NCBI GenBank assembly: GCA_965237775.1
Contig: OZ250155.1
Span: 4,703,814-4,767,813, forward strand
Source: Dehalococcoidia bacterium
Lineage (GTDB): Bacteria; Chloroflexota; Dehalococcoidia; Lucifugimonadales; UBA3495
Length of the DNA stretch: 64,000 nt
Direction: 5' to 3'
Part shown: in pieces, positions 36,381 through 45,976 of the stretch
Layout of the letters: every line of letters starts with the position of its first letter
Numbering within the stretch: the first letter of the stretch is position 1
The notes under the pieces: generated by a model
What the model saw: only the letters and a program-made list of their open reading frames with translations
Database searches by the model: none
Told to the model about the DNA's origin: nothing
Translations under genes and position numbers: made by a program

Positions 36381-37900
36381 GGTGCAAAGCATATCTATGC
36401 CCGCTTTAGGGCCGTGCAACAGCGACTAACTGGCGTGGCCCTTGGGGAGGTGTAAGATCGAGGGTGGCGTGCCGGCGGACCAAGGCCGACGGGGCATTGG
36501 TGCGTAACGCCCGGTGCAAAGCATGGTCCGGGAGCCTTACGGCTGCATCATTGGTGACGCCTCCAGCAGGACGTTCCCGTTCGATAGATTGTGCGCTTTC
36601 AGTAGCTCCCTCCGGCGGCGCGCCTATGCAGCAACGAGGGGCGGGTGGAGACCGTGGCGATGGAGTCCACCGGGGTTTACTGGATACCCCTGTTTGGGGT
36701 GCTGGAGGAGCGGGGGTTTGAGGTGATGCTGGTGGACCCCAGCCGCATCAAGAACGTGCCCGGCCGCAAGACGGACGTGCTGGACTGTCAGTGGCTGCAG
36801 CAGTTGCACACCTACGGGTTGCTGTCGGGAAGCTTCCGGCCGGAGGGTGAGATACGCTGCCTGCGCAGTTACCTGCGCCAGCGAGCCATGCTGGTGGAGT
36901 ATGCCTCCCATCACATCCAGCACATGCAGAAGGCGCTGACCCAAATGAACGTCAAGCTGCAGCACGTCATCAGCAACATCACGGGCAAGACCGGGATGAC
37001 CATCATCGAAGCTATCGTGGGCGGCGAACGGAATCCGCGGAAGCTGGCCGCGCTGCGCGACCCCAGGACCAGGGCGAACGAGGAAATCATCGCCCGGTCG
37101 CTCCAGGGACACTGGCGGGAGGAGCACATCTTTGAACTGACCCAGGCCCTGGAACTGTACCGGACCTATCAGGACAAGATCGCCCAGTGCGACCGGGAGA
37201 TAGAAAGGCAATTGGGGCGGTTTGAGGACCGCAGCAATGGCGAACCGCCAGCTGGGGATGCCGGCAAGCGCAGCCAGGGGAACGCACCCCGCTTCGACCT
37301 TCGGAACCACCTGCACCGGATGACGGGAGTGGATCTTACCCGCATTGACGGAGTGGACGCTTTCACCGCACTGAAAGTGGTCGGCGAAATCGGCACGGAC
37401 ATGACCCGGTGGCCCAGCGCCAAGCACTTCGCCTCCTGGCTGGGACTGAGCCCCAACAACCGTATCACGGGAGGGAAGGTCATCAGCTCCCGGACCAAGG
37501 CCAACGCCAACCGGGCGGCTGCGGCATTGCGGCTGGCGGCCAATGCCCTGCATCGCTCCAACAGCGCCCTCGGCGCCTTCCTGCGCCGCAAGAAGACCCA
37601 TTTGGGAGCGCCCAAGGCCATCACGGCCACGGCGCACAAGCTGGCCCGAATCATTTACTCCATGCTGCGCTACGGCCAAGGCTATGTGGATGCCGGAGCC
37701 CAATACTACGAGAGTCAGTACCGGGAAAGGGCGCTGCGGGCCGCAAGGCAGAGAGCGGCGCAACTGGGCTACCAGCTGGTGCCCGTGTCCGATGGTCAGG
37801 GCCAGGCATCGAGTGCCTCCCAAGCACCAGTCCCCACTGGCGCATGACAACCTCAGTTAGTCGATAGGCTCTCCAGGGACTCCTGGCCATAGCCCCTGCC
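36381..37900 (+). mobile_element. IS110-family element, copy 2, with ~200-bp 5' internal deletion (ends approximate)
   Basis: It starts GGTGCAAAGCAT (36381-36392), and the same 12-mer recurs at 36513-36524. The sequence equivalent to copy 1 from its start codon to ...FTADL is missing. Confidence 0.7.
36645..37847 (+). pseudogene. IS110-family transposase lacking the N-terminal ~70 codons
   Basis: METVAMESTGVYWIPLFGVLEERGFEVMLVDP... is about 85-90% identical by eye to copy 1. It lacks the GIDVG catalytic-Asp region. Confidence 0.8.
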
Positions 37901-38250
37901 CAGGCAACTCCGGTTCTCCCGGTCTACTGTGCCATCTTCAAGGGTGACGCCGCCCCCACCGGTCAGATTGTGGAAGACCGTCTCCCGACACGTCCGGGGA
38001 TAGCGGCAACTCGCCATTTGGCGGACTGCCGGCGAAGCAGGCAACCGCCAGAGTGAGCCCATGCCATTGATACCGGCGGCCGCCGCGTCAGGGCGGACCG
38101 CACCGGAACGCCGGACCGGCGGGACCATGGCGCGTGACTCCTGAACTGCTCCAGAACTCCCACTACAGCACACGGCGCGTCCCTTCGCAGCGGAGAAATA
38201 TGCCTGCGCCCTGGAGCGCAACACCCACACCAAGACATGGAGACCAATTC

Positions 38251-39264
38251 GTGACGCAAGAACGCCCGAACAGGAACATGGACCCCTGCCCCAGGTGCCA
38301 GGGGACTGTGGAAATTTCCCAAGACCATCACGGCCCGTACATCCACTGCCTCAACTGCGGCCACACGATCGACCTGCAGCTCCCGGAAGACCCACCCGGG
38401 CAGCCTCCCGGCAGGCCCGGAGTCCGCCCGGACAGAGTTGGCCGTCACCACGGGCCGAGAGGCCAGGACCTCCGGGAGAGGAACAGGCGCTGGGCCGAAA
38501 TAATCGAGCGGGAAGGGCTGTCGGTCAGAGAGGCCGAAGCACGGTTCGGAATCGGCTACAGGACTCTCTACCGCGCCCTGGCGGAGAACCGGCGAAGGCC
38601 CACCAGGCCGGGTGATCCCGGCTGGACACACCGCATCAGCACGAGGACGGCCACCTACAGGTCCGGCGAGGTCGCCAAGTTCGAGGACCCTGCCGGACGG
38701 CACGGGGACCTCTCCAACAGTGCCGAGGGATATCCCCTGACGGTGAACGGCATCGAGTTCCAGGGGCCCGAAAGCCTCTACCAGGCCCTGAAGTTCTTCC
38801 GGCTTCCCGATGTCCAGAGGCACATTGCCTCCAGGCAGTCTACGGATGAGGCCGTCAGGGCCGCCTATGAGGCATCCGGCTTCAGGGAGGGTTCGTGGAG
38901 GAGGGTCAGAGTGCGGGCGATGACGTACACCCAGGCGGTCCGGCTGCGTCAGCACCCCGCCAGGTTCTCCAGGGCGCTGATGGCCACCGGGGACCTGCCG
39001 ATAGTGGAGGTCTCCAGCCGGGACCCCCAGAAGGGGTCCCGGCCCGAACCCGGCGACGGTTCCCTTCTGAAGGGCGCAAACGTGATGGGAAAAGTACTAG
39101 CCGAACTTCGTGATGAGCTACGGCGGCAGGGCGGGGACGCGGCCAGGGTCGCCGCCATCTTCATGGAGGGAGCCGACACAGGCGGCCTCCTCATCGACGG
39201 AAAGGCCCTGCCACGTCCGGACCAAGCGGCTGACGGCCCAGACTCGATGGGCGGGACCGTTTGA
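38251..39264 (+). CDS. Zn-ribbon / HTH / NADAR (DUF1768, YbiA-like) fusion protein
   Basis: The start was taken as GTG 38251 by alignment with the paralogue (VTQERPNRNMDPCPRCQG versus MEPEQPARKPGPCPKCGG); ATG 38278 is the alternative. The Zn ribbon is CPRCQG...CLNCG and the HTH is LSVREAEARFGIGYRTLYRAL. The NADAR-like part is GDLSNSAEGYPLTVNGIEFQGPESLYQALKF...GANVMGKVLAELRDEL. Confidence 0.65.
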   Translation: MTQERPNRNMDPCPRCQGTVEISQDHHGPYIHCLNCGHTIDLQLPEDPPGQPPGRPGVRPDRVGRHHGPRGQDLRERNRRWAEIIEREGLSVREAEARFGIGYRTLYRALAENRRRPTRPGDPGWTHRISTRTATYRSGEVAKFEDPAGRHGDLSNSAEGYPLTVNGIEFQGPESLYQALKFFRLPDVQRHIASRQSTDEAVRAAYEASGFREGSWRRVRVRAMTYTQAVRLRQHPARFSRALMATGDLPIVEVSSRDPQKGSRPEPGDGSLLKGANVMGKVLAELRDELRRQGGDAARVAAIFMEGADTGGLLIDGKALPRPDQAADGPDSMGGTV

Positions 39265-39506
39265 TCCCCCGGTCGAGGTCCCGCCCGGGCAGAGGATGCG
39301 CCGGCTACCGAAGCTCTCGAAGTGCCGCAAAGGCTGCTCGCGACCTCCCAGACGCTCAGTGCCGGGAGCACATAGGTGACACACCCAGCCACGAGATGTG
39401 CCCGGTCTCCGCCGCCTGCTACAGGTGACTCCCGGGAGGGTGGACCGTGGGATCATCGGGATTAGGCGGCTCCACTTCCTTGCGGCCCAACCGCGCCATG
39501 CTGGGC

Positions 39507-39989
39507 CTACAGACTGTCCATCTCCTCCTCGTCTTCCGAGGCCACGTCCCACGCTGCGCCGCACGTGCACTCGTAGACCGAGCCATCCCTTCGCTGGAAC
39601 CGCCTGCCCTCCCGCTCCACCGGGCAGAAAAGCTGCAACTCGTAAAGCAGAATCGGCTCCTCCTGGCAAAGCGCGTCCGGGTAGAGGTGCATCACATTCT
39701 CGTTATGTTCGTCCACCTCCACCATCACCGGCGCGCCGGTCTCCACATAGTCCGGGAGATGTTCCAGCTCCAGCGACAAATAGACCTCCCCCGTGTCGTC
39801 GTAGGTCAAGGTCCTCAGCGGCGTCAGGTCACGGACCACCTCGATCTGCTCCAGGTCGCGGACGGCGAAGGTGGCCCTGGTGGACCAGACCACCAGGAGG
39901 TATCCGCCTCCCGGACCCGTCGATATGCTTGTGACCCTGCCGGGGTGCACCCATGACATCCGCTGTTCCTCCACGTTTTCCTCCTTCAA
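39507..39989 (-). CDS. Hypothetical acidic protein (150-160 aa)
   Basis: The track ORF has ordinary amino-acid composition. The start is more likely ATG 39959 (MSWVHPGRV), preceded by GGAGGAA. No family recognised. Confidence 0.5.
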   Translation of the reverse strand: MKEENVEEQRMSWVHPGRVTSISTGPGGGYLLVVWSTRATFAVRDLEQIEVVRDLTPLRTLTYDDTGEVYLSLELEHLPDYVETGAPVMVEVDEHNENVMHLYPDALCQEEPILLYELQLFCPVEREGRRFQRRDGSVYECTCGAAWDVASEDEEEMDSL

Positions 39990-40793
39990 CCGCCTCGGTG
40001 TGACACTCCCAAAGTAGGCGGCGTGCCTGTCGCCCTAACCTTAGAGGATCACTTTGACAAAAGCCCGGAAGAACGACACCATCAGGCGGGACAAGTGGGT
40101 TTGCCGAGAAAGCCGGAGGTTGGGTCGGAGGGGGTATTCGAAGTGGTGCAGGGGCCGTTGGCGCGAGGATGCCCTGCCACCGAAGGAGATGATTCTCGTG
40201 TGCACACACCGGGCCAGGCCCACAGTACCGGGCGCGATGCATAACGCCCAGCGTGGGACGGGACCTCTTTCCATCACCGCCGCGCCCTCCTCGCCCGTGT
40301 GCGCGGCCAGGCTCAAGCCCAGGACTTTTCAGCAGCCTCGGGTCCGCGCCGCGGGGGCTGTGCCCCCCGCCGCGGCGCGACGGGAGGGGTAGGACGGACA
40401 CACAAGCCCCGCACGGACGGGGATCCGCCCGCGTGCAAGGACAAACGGATGTTTTGCTTCCTGACTTCCCCGCCAGACGGGGGTTCACCGGCTTCACTCT
40501 GCGCTTCCAAGCTGGCCAAGCGCACCGCCCCGCGCAGGCGGGGGCACGCCTCACGGACCGGCGGACCGGTGTGCGCACACCGGGCCGGGACACACCGCCG
40601 CCAGGCGCGATGCGCAACCTGCGCGTACCGGAAAACGCCCATTCGCGCGACTGGTAGCAACGGGTTGAACACCCACCAGCCGGCCGCTTCTGCCTGGCGG
40701 GTTTGAATTACGGAAAGAGGGTGCCGGCGCGTTGGCGCAGTACGGTGCCCCGCCGCAGGCCGGACACGCGGCCGCGGCAAGGAGAGTTCTCTC

Positions 40794-41171
40794 ATGAAGG
40801 ACCACGACGGCAACCAACTCCCCCTGGCGGAGCACATCCGCAGCATCCTACCCAGCCCGATCCCGAACGGGGTCACCGAGGGCATCTATCAGGCGCTCTT
40901 CGAGATGGCGGGGCTCGCGGACCTCCCCACCGGGAGGTGGCGGGAGTTCCACCTGCGCCGGGCTGTGGAGTTCTTGGAGAAGGCGGTGGACTCCCTCCGT
41001 TGCCCGGAGGACCCCGGCCAGGTTGACGAGGGGGACCGCCCCTCTCCCTGTGCCTGCTGCTACGCCGGCGAGGGCGTCGCCGGCTGCTGGGACCAGGCTT
41101 TTGACTCGGGATTTGACAAGGGCTACCGGGAGGCCGCCGAGTACCTGCCCCGTTTCCGGGCCGGCGACTGA
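40794..41171 (+). CDS. Hypothetical protein (125 aa)
   Basis: AAGGAGAG lies 7 nt before the ATG. It has ordinary composition (MKDHDGNQLPLAEHIRSILPSPIPNGVTEGIYQALFEMAG...). No family recognised. Confidence 0.45.
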   Translation: MKDHDGNQLPLAEHIRSILPSPIPNGVTEGIYQALFEMAGLADLPTGRWREFHLRRAVEFLEKAVDSLRCPEDPGQVDEGDRPSPCACCYAGEGVAGCWDQAFDSGFDKGYREAAEYLPRFRAGD

Positions 41172-41883
41172 TGGACGGAGGCAGTCTGTCCATGGGAGCG
41201 TACGCTCCGCCCTCTTGGGGTTGAGCGTACGGGACCCGGCCTTCGACGCCTTCAAGGTCCGGTGAACACAGGTCGGCGCTGCCGCGCGGCAGCTGATTCT
41301 AGGACGGCAACTGCGGACCGGAGAGGGATATGGCGGCCCCGGGGCGGGCCACCATCACACACGTCCAGACCGCCGAGGGCCTTTCCGCCGGGGCGTAGTA
41401 GCCCGGCGCGGACAGGGGCGCACCGGCGTGGACGGTAGGTAGCGTGCTGTTCGTCCCGGCCACCACGCTACCGCGGAGGTAACAGGCCCGACGGGCCAGA
41501 GGCCAGGGCCAAGTTTGCACACACCGGGTATGGCCCGACGCGTCAGAACTGTCCGAACCCAGACGCCAGTTGAGACATCCCGATCGGTCGGAGACCCCGG
41601 ACTGCGATGTGCCTCCGTCATGATTCAGGGTCAGGATCGCTGAGAAAGCTGGCCGTTGCGGCGGCGGGCCCGGCCGGCCCGGGGCCTTTGGTCAGTTGAG
41701 TCTGTCCTGGAAGATACCGTGGCGGCGTGGATGAGTTCCGCGCGACATCGGCCAGAGTGTTCTCTGAATCCGCGGTCGCGGCGACGGTTTGTAACGCCGG
41801 GCCGGAAGGCCGACACCGTGGCCCAGCTTGCGCAACAGTTAGCAGGTTGTGGGCCAGAACGGCCATGTGTTCCTAGCTGTCCA

Positions 41884-41906
41884 CCCCCGTTTTCCCGGGG
41901 GCAGGC
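41884..41906 (+). repeat. 23-nt micro-insert-type sequence outside any IS630 copy (CCCCCGTTTTCCCGGGGGCAGGC)
   Basis: It differs at only 1-2 positions from the copies at 14884, 15226, 53030, 53298 and 58570. It has the hairpin CCCCCG-TTTTCC-CGGGGG. Confidence 0.8.
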
Positions 41907-42183
41907 CCTTCCACAACCCACGTGACCGGGAGCGCTCCAGCGCCGATGCGCCTCGCCAATGACGGACTGCACGCCCATTGCAACCCGGGAGTCATCCGGA
42001 CCTGCCTTCAAGCCGGCCTATTCGGCAAAACCTTCCGCCGGCGTTGACAAGGCCGGCGCAACGCGGCAACAACCACCATAAACCGGGGGTACATTGCCAG
42101 AGAGCCCTCCCCGGCCGCGACCGGGGGACTCCAGTGCCAAACCGCGCTGCCTCCGTCCCTCCCGCCCCAGCTTCGGCTGAACG

Positions 42184-44220
42184 CTAGCGCCGCGGATTCG
42201 GAGGGGGCACCACCTCAGGCGTCACAAAATCCCCGACCGGTTCCAGGAATCTGGTAAGGCGGGCGTCCCGCTCGGGCCCGCTCCGGGTGGCGTGGCAGAA
42301 GGTCAGGACATCCCGGGCCCGGGTGGACCACACATAGAAGAGGCTCTGGGCTGCCCGCATCCGGCCCTGGTCCGTGGCGGGTACGTTCCCGGGCAGGATA
42401 TGATCGCTGACGCCCACCGCCCAGACGACCGGCCACTCGAGCCCCCGGGAGGCGGCGACGGTGGTGAGAGTCAGCCCGCGGGAGGGGCCGCAGGGGTCGG
42501 CATTTTCCCCGGAGAGCGGGTCCCCGTTGATCTCCGGGTGGACGCTGTCCAGGAACTCGCGCAGCGCCTCCCTGGCCTCTTGCGGTCCCGGCTGTGGATC
42601 GGACAAGACGGGTTCCCGCCCCGCCAGGGCCAGCAGCCGCTGCACCTGGAATTTGGACCGCACCGGGTGGGCCGCACCCTGGGCATCCTCCAGGAGAGAG
42701 ACGGCTCTGCGGCAGATGTCATCGACGCCGGTGGACGGGCCGCCCAGCATCCGGTCCAGGTTGTGCCAGGCGTCGACGAAACACTCGAGGCCGCGGCGCA
42801 GTTCGGGATCGATCAGCGGATTGCGGCAATACCTTCCGGCCGCCTGGACCAGGTCCGCACCCAGGTTCCTGGCCATTCCCGCGATCCGCACAGCAACCGC
42901 CGGGTCCAGCCATGTAGGTTCGGCGTGGGGGTCGAGGCAGGCGCCGATGCGGAAGGCGGCAAGGTCGTGGGGGTTGAGGAGGGATGCCAGGAGCCCGGTG
43001 ATGCGCCTGGCGTCCCGGTCCCACGCCCTCGGTTCTCCTCCCAGTACAGTGTAGGGCAGACCGCGGCTGACGGCCAGCAACCGCAGGTGGTCCAGGACCG
43101 AAGGGTCCTGGTAGACACATGCGATGTGTTCAAGGGCGTATCCCTGGTCGACGAACTGCTCGGTCCGGTCGAAGATGTACCGGTACATGTCTGCGGGCCG
43201 GCCTTCGAACACCAGCAGCGCCGGAGGGACCATGGGCAGAGATTTCGTACCCACCCGCCGGTTCGTACGGAAATACCGGTGTCGATCTCCACTCAGCCCT
43301 CCCATGACCGGGTCGTGGCTCATGAGGTTGGCCGCTTTGCCGATGGCAGCCGTACTGCGGAGGTTCATCCTGAGCAGGTAGACGCACTCATCCACTTCCG
43401 GGAAATCGTTCTGGAAGGCCTCCAGGACCCGGTAGTCGGTGTAATCCCCGGTGAGGACGCACGCATTCTGATTGGCCGCCACGGTGATGGAACGCTCCGG
43501 GCCCGCCAGCAGGCTCAGCATCCTGTACTCGGCCAAGGCAAGGTCCTGAAGACCGTCGATGAGGAGATGACGACATTCGCTCCATGCCACCCCTTCACGG
43601 AAGACCCGGTCCCGCTCCACGGCCAGGGTGGCCAGGGGGGCCAGGTCACCCTGGTCCACGACGTTCTGGCGCTCCTTCTCCGCCTGGTACATCGCGGCCA
43701 GGTCCGGCCAGTCCGGCGAGCCGGGAGGGATGCCCTCACCGGTAAACCCCGCCCGGTTGAGCCGGTGCCACTCTAGCATCCGCCGGGCCTCGGGGTCGAT
43801 CCGCCCGCGCTTCCGTCCGTTCGCGGCCAGCAGCTCGGCGAGGAGCGCCAGGGCCTCATCACGTTGCCAGACCGTGAAGTCGCCAGACCGCCCCAGGACC
43901 TCCATGCCCCCCAGCCTGAGCAGGTACAGGGCCAGCTGCTGGGGGGTGCCGGTGTAGATCCCCAGGGAGGGGCCCTCATCCGGCAGGAAATCTCGGACAC
44001 GTCGCCTGATGTCATCGCCGCCCCCCGCGCTATGGGTCAGGCAGGTGATCTGCGATGGGTCCACACCCTGCTTGAGCCAGACCGCGATGCGGGCGGCAAC
44101 GGTGTGGGTCGCCCCGGCGCCCGCGCCGCCGAGGATGAGCACAGGCCCGACGCGGGCGGTGGCGGGTTCCAACTGGTCCGGGCGCAACGGCGTCACCGGA
44201 AGTATCGGGGGAGTCGTCAT
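42184..44220 (-). CDS. UvrD/Rep-like protein with degenerate ATPase motifs (678 aa from ATG 44220)
   Basis: PVLILGGAGAGATHTVAARIAVWL occupies the position of the Walker A GxGSGKT, with Ala in place of Lys. LLIDGLQDLALAEY replaces DExQD, with Gly in place of Glu. The C-terminal UvrD-like motifs are retained: LTLTTVAASRGLEWPVVWAVG and LFYVWSTRARDVLTF. The Arg-rich 57 upstream codons of the track ORF were rejected. Confidence 0.65.
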   Translation of the reverse strand: MTTPPILPVTPLRPDQLEPATARVGPVLILGGAGAGATHTVAARIAVWLKQGVDPSQITCLTHSAGGGDDIRRRVRDFLPDEGPSLGIYTGTPQQLALYLLRLGGMEVLGRSGDFTVWQRDEALALLAELLAANGRKRGRIDPEARRMLEWHRLNRAGFTGEGIPPGSPDWPDLAAMYQAEKERQNVVDQGDLAPLATLAVERDRVFREGVAWSECRHLLIDGLQDLALAEYRMLSLLAGPERSITVAANQNACVLTGDYTDYRVLEAFQNDFPEVDECVYLLRMNLRSTAAIGKAANLMSHDPVMGGLSGDRHRYFRTNRRVGTKSLPMVPPALLVFEGRPADMYRYIFDRTEQFVDQGYALEHIACVYQDPSVLDHLRLLAVSRGLPYTVLGGEPRAWDRDARRITGLLASLLNPHDLAAFRIGACLDPHAEPTWLDPAVAVRIAGMARNLGADLVQAAGRYCRNPLIDPELRRGLECFVDAWHNLDRMLGGPSTGVDDICRRAVSLLEDAQGAAHPVRSKFQVQRLLALAGREPVLSDPQPGPQEAREALREFLDSVHPEINGDPLSGENADPCGPSRGLTLTTVAASRGLEWPVVWAVGVSDHILPGNVPATDQGRMRAAQSLFYVWSTRARDVLTFCHATRSGPERDARLTRFLEPVGDFVTPEVVPPPNPRR

Positions 44221-44344
44221 CGCATGGCGCCTCTGCAACAGATGGACTGCGGGTCCCTGGACTCCATGGCCATGGCCGGGAGGGCAGTCACGGGCGGACC
44301 GTGCGCCACCCGCCGTTGCCCTAACCGAGACTGACCGTCTCCCC

Positions 44345-45880
44345 CTACATCGACCAGCACCCGGAGTGGCCGTGCTCGCGGAGACGCTCAAGGGTCGTGG
44401 TCACCATGGCCAGACCCAGTTCCCGGCCCAGATCCCGGAAGGCGTCCTCGGCCTTGCCGTCCCAGCAGACCAAAACCACCGGGTAGCGGTCCCGGCGCCT
44501 CGGGGAGCCATACCCCCTCAGCTTGTCCTCCACCCTTGACCTCCGCCTTGCGCTGAGCTCGTACTCTGCGTAGTGCCACCCCCGGCCGTAGGGGCTCACC
44601 GTCAGGCGGACCATCGCATCCGGGGCCAGACCCCCCTGCGCCCCCAGGTGCTCCGTGTACCTGGGGCCGTTGGCCACGGGGCAGCCAGCGGTAATGAAGT
44701 CCCGCAGGAGGTCCTCCCTCAGGCCGTCCTCATGGGGAGAGGACACCGTGTGCCGCAGCGGCCTGGACGAGGCTTCCTGCCACTGGGACAACCCGGTCCG
44801 TGTCCTGGCATCCGAGTAGTGGACCCGGTCCTGGTCGGCCCGCAATCTCAGGCCGCTGGGGGCCGCGAAATACCGGGCATCGCGCCCTTCTCCGGCCTGC
44901 AGGACCGACCCCGCGCGGACCAACCGGCGGCACGTTCCCCGGGCCCGGTTCTGGTCCTCTCCCTCCTTCAGGACGGCCTTGAGAAACCGGAGATGGCTGC
45001 CGGGCCACTCCACCAGCGCCTCCAGTAACCTCCACGATTCGAGTCCGCCGGCCCCCGACCACGGAGAGGCCGCCAGCGATCTTTCCCAGGAACCCTCGCC
45101 GGACCGCTTTCGGAGCGTCTGGTACACCCAGCCCCGGCCTTCACCGGCATGGGTGGGACCCGTGACCGAGCCGTCGGCAACGCAGTGCACGGACGCCTGC
45201 CCCTCCAACCCAAGGTCCTCCAGGACCCGGACCGCAAGCTCCTTCCCCCACTCGTCCGCCACCACCAGGAGCAGCCGGTTGGGCCACGGCCGGAGCGCCC
45301 CCACGGCCAGCGCCTGGCAGTCCACGGGGAACCGGAGCAGACGCTCGGTTAGGATGGCCTCGGACATGAAGGAGCCGCACCAGAACAGCGCCGCCCAGCC
45401 GCCCTCGAAGCGGACCGCCGCGTCACAGCTCGGGCCGCCCGCGCCCAGGGCGTCGAGCCACTGGAACTCCCTGAAGTCTCCCATCGTCCGCACGGCGGCC
45501 ACGGCCGGGTAGAACCGCTCCAGCGCCGGGAGGAGATCCAGCAGCCGGCACCGGGCGGCCTCGTCATGCCAGGTGGCGCCGGACAGGCCGGTCCGGGCCA
45601 GGCACTCGCCGGCGAGGTGCCAGCGCTGGCGCTGGCCCATGGTGCACCCCAGTTGGGCCGACTCCACCAGACGGGCCTCCCGCAGACGGCGCAGCGCCTT
45701 CAGCACGTTGGGCGCGGAACGGGACAGAATCCCGGCGATGTCATCGGCAGATGCCAGGGGGAGCCAGAACAGCAGCCGGAGGACGTCCGCAACTCCCTTC
45801 GACAGGCCCAGGTGACTGGACAGCTGCATCATGGGGTCCGGCCAGGTATCCGGGGGGCCGCTGTGCGCCATCATGGTCAT
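44345..45880 (-). CDS. Winged-helix protein resembling the replication-relaxation (Replic_Relax) family
   Basis: The start is ATG 45880 or 45874, after TAGGAGGT. The wHTH-like parts are ADDIAGILSRSAPNVLKALRRLREARLVES and a second one near RLLEALVEWPGSHLRFLKAVL. The C-terminal part is HEDGLREDLL...LAPDAMVRL...WHYAEYELSARRRSRVEDKLRGY. The family call is from memory only. Confidence 0.5.
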   Translation of the reverse strand: MTMMAHSGPPDTWPDPMMQLSSHLGLSKGVADVLRLLFWLPLASADDIAGILSRSAPNVLKALRRLREARLVESAQLGCTMGQRQRWHLAGECLARTGLSGATWHDEAARCRLLDLLPALERFYPAVAAVRTMGDFREFQWLDALGAGGPSCDAAVRFEGGWAALFWCGSFMSEAILTERLLRFPVDCQALAVGALRPWPNRLLLVVADEWGKELAVRVLEDLGLEGQASVHCVADGSVTGPTHAGEGRGWVYQTLRKRSGEGSWERSLAASPWSGAGGLESWRLLEALVEWPGSHLRFLKAVLKEGEDQNRARGTCRRLVRAGSVLQAGEGRDARYFAAPSGLRLRADQDRVHYSDARTRTGLSQWQEASSRPLRHTVSSPHEDGLREDLLRDFITAGCPVANGPRYTEHLGAQGGLAPDAMVRLTVSPYGRGWHYAEYELSARRRSRVEDKLRGYGSPRRRDRYPVVLVCWDGKAEDAFRDLGRELGLAMVTTTLERLREHGHSGCWSM

Positions 45881-45940
45881 ACCTCCTACCAGGAACTCGT
45901 GATCCACCGGCTGGGTACGGCCGGAGAGATGGCCCCGTAC

Positions 45941-45976
45941 GGGCCGACGGACGGGCCGACGGACGGGCCGACGGAC
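45941..45976. repeat. 12-nt tandem repeat GGGCCGACGGAC x3 (plus partial flanks) just upstream of the 44345..45880 gene
   Basis: Read directly from the sequence. It lies 60-100 nt upstream of the likely start codon, and it accounts for the PVRRPVRRPVRR stretch of the over-extended track ORF. Confidence 0.9.

Noticed and set aside
36624-37850. 408-aa minus-strand ORF
   Set aside because: It is the mirror ORF of the IS110 transposase, whose identity is clear from conserved motifs and a second copy.
37963-38955. 330-aa minus-strand ORF
   Set aside because: It is antisense to the Zn-ribbon-HTH-NADAR gene and has no motifs.
39990-42183. Many overlapping 70-260-aa ORFs on both strands in a very GC-rich stretch
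   Set aside because: All except 40794..41171 are Arg/Pro/Gly/Ala-rich, mutually overlapping, and lack an RBS. I treat the stretch as non-coding or decayed. I could not recognise an RNA gene in it either.
42292-43776. 494-aa plus-strand ORF
   Set aside because: It is antisense to the UvrD-like gene. It has shadow-ORF composition.
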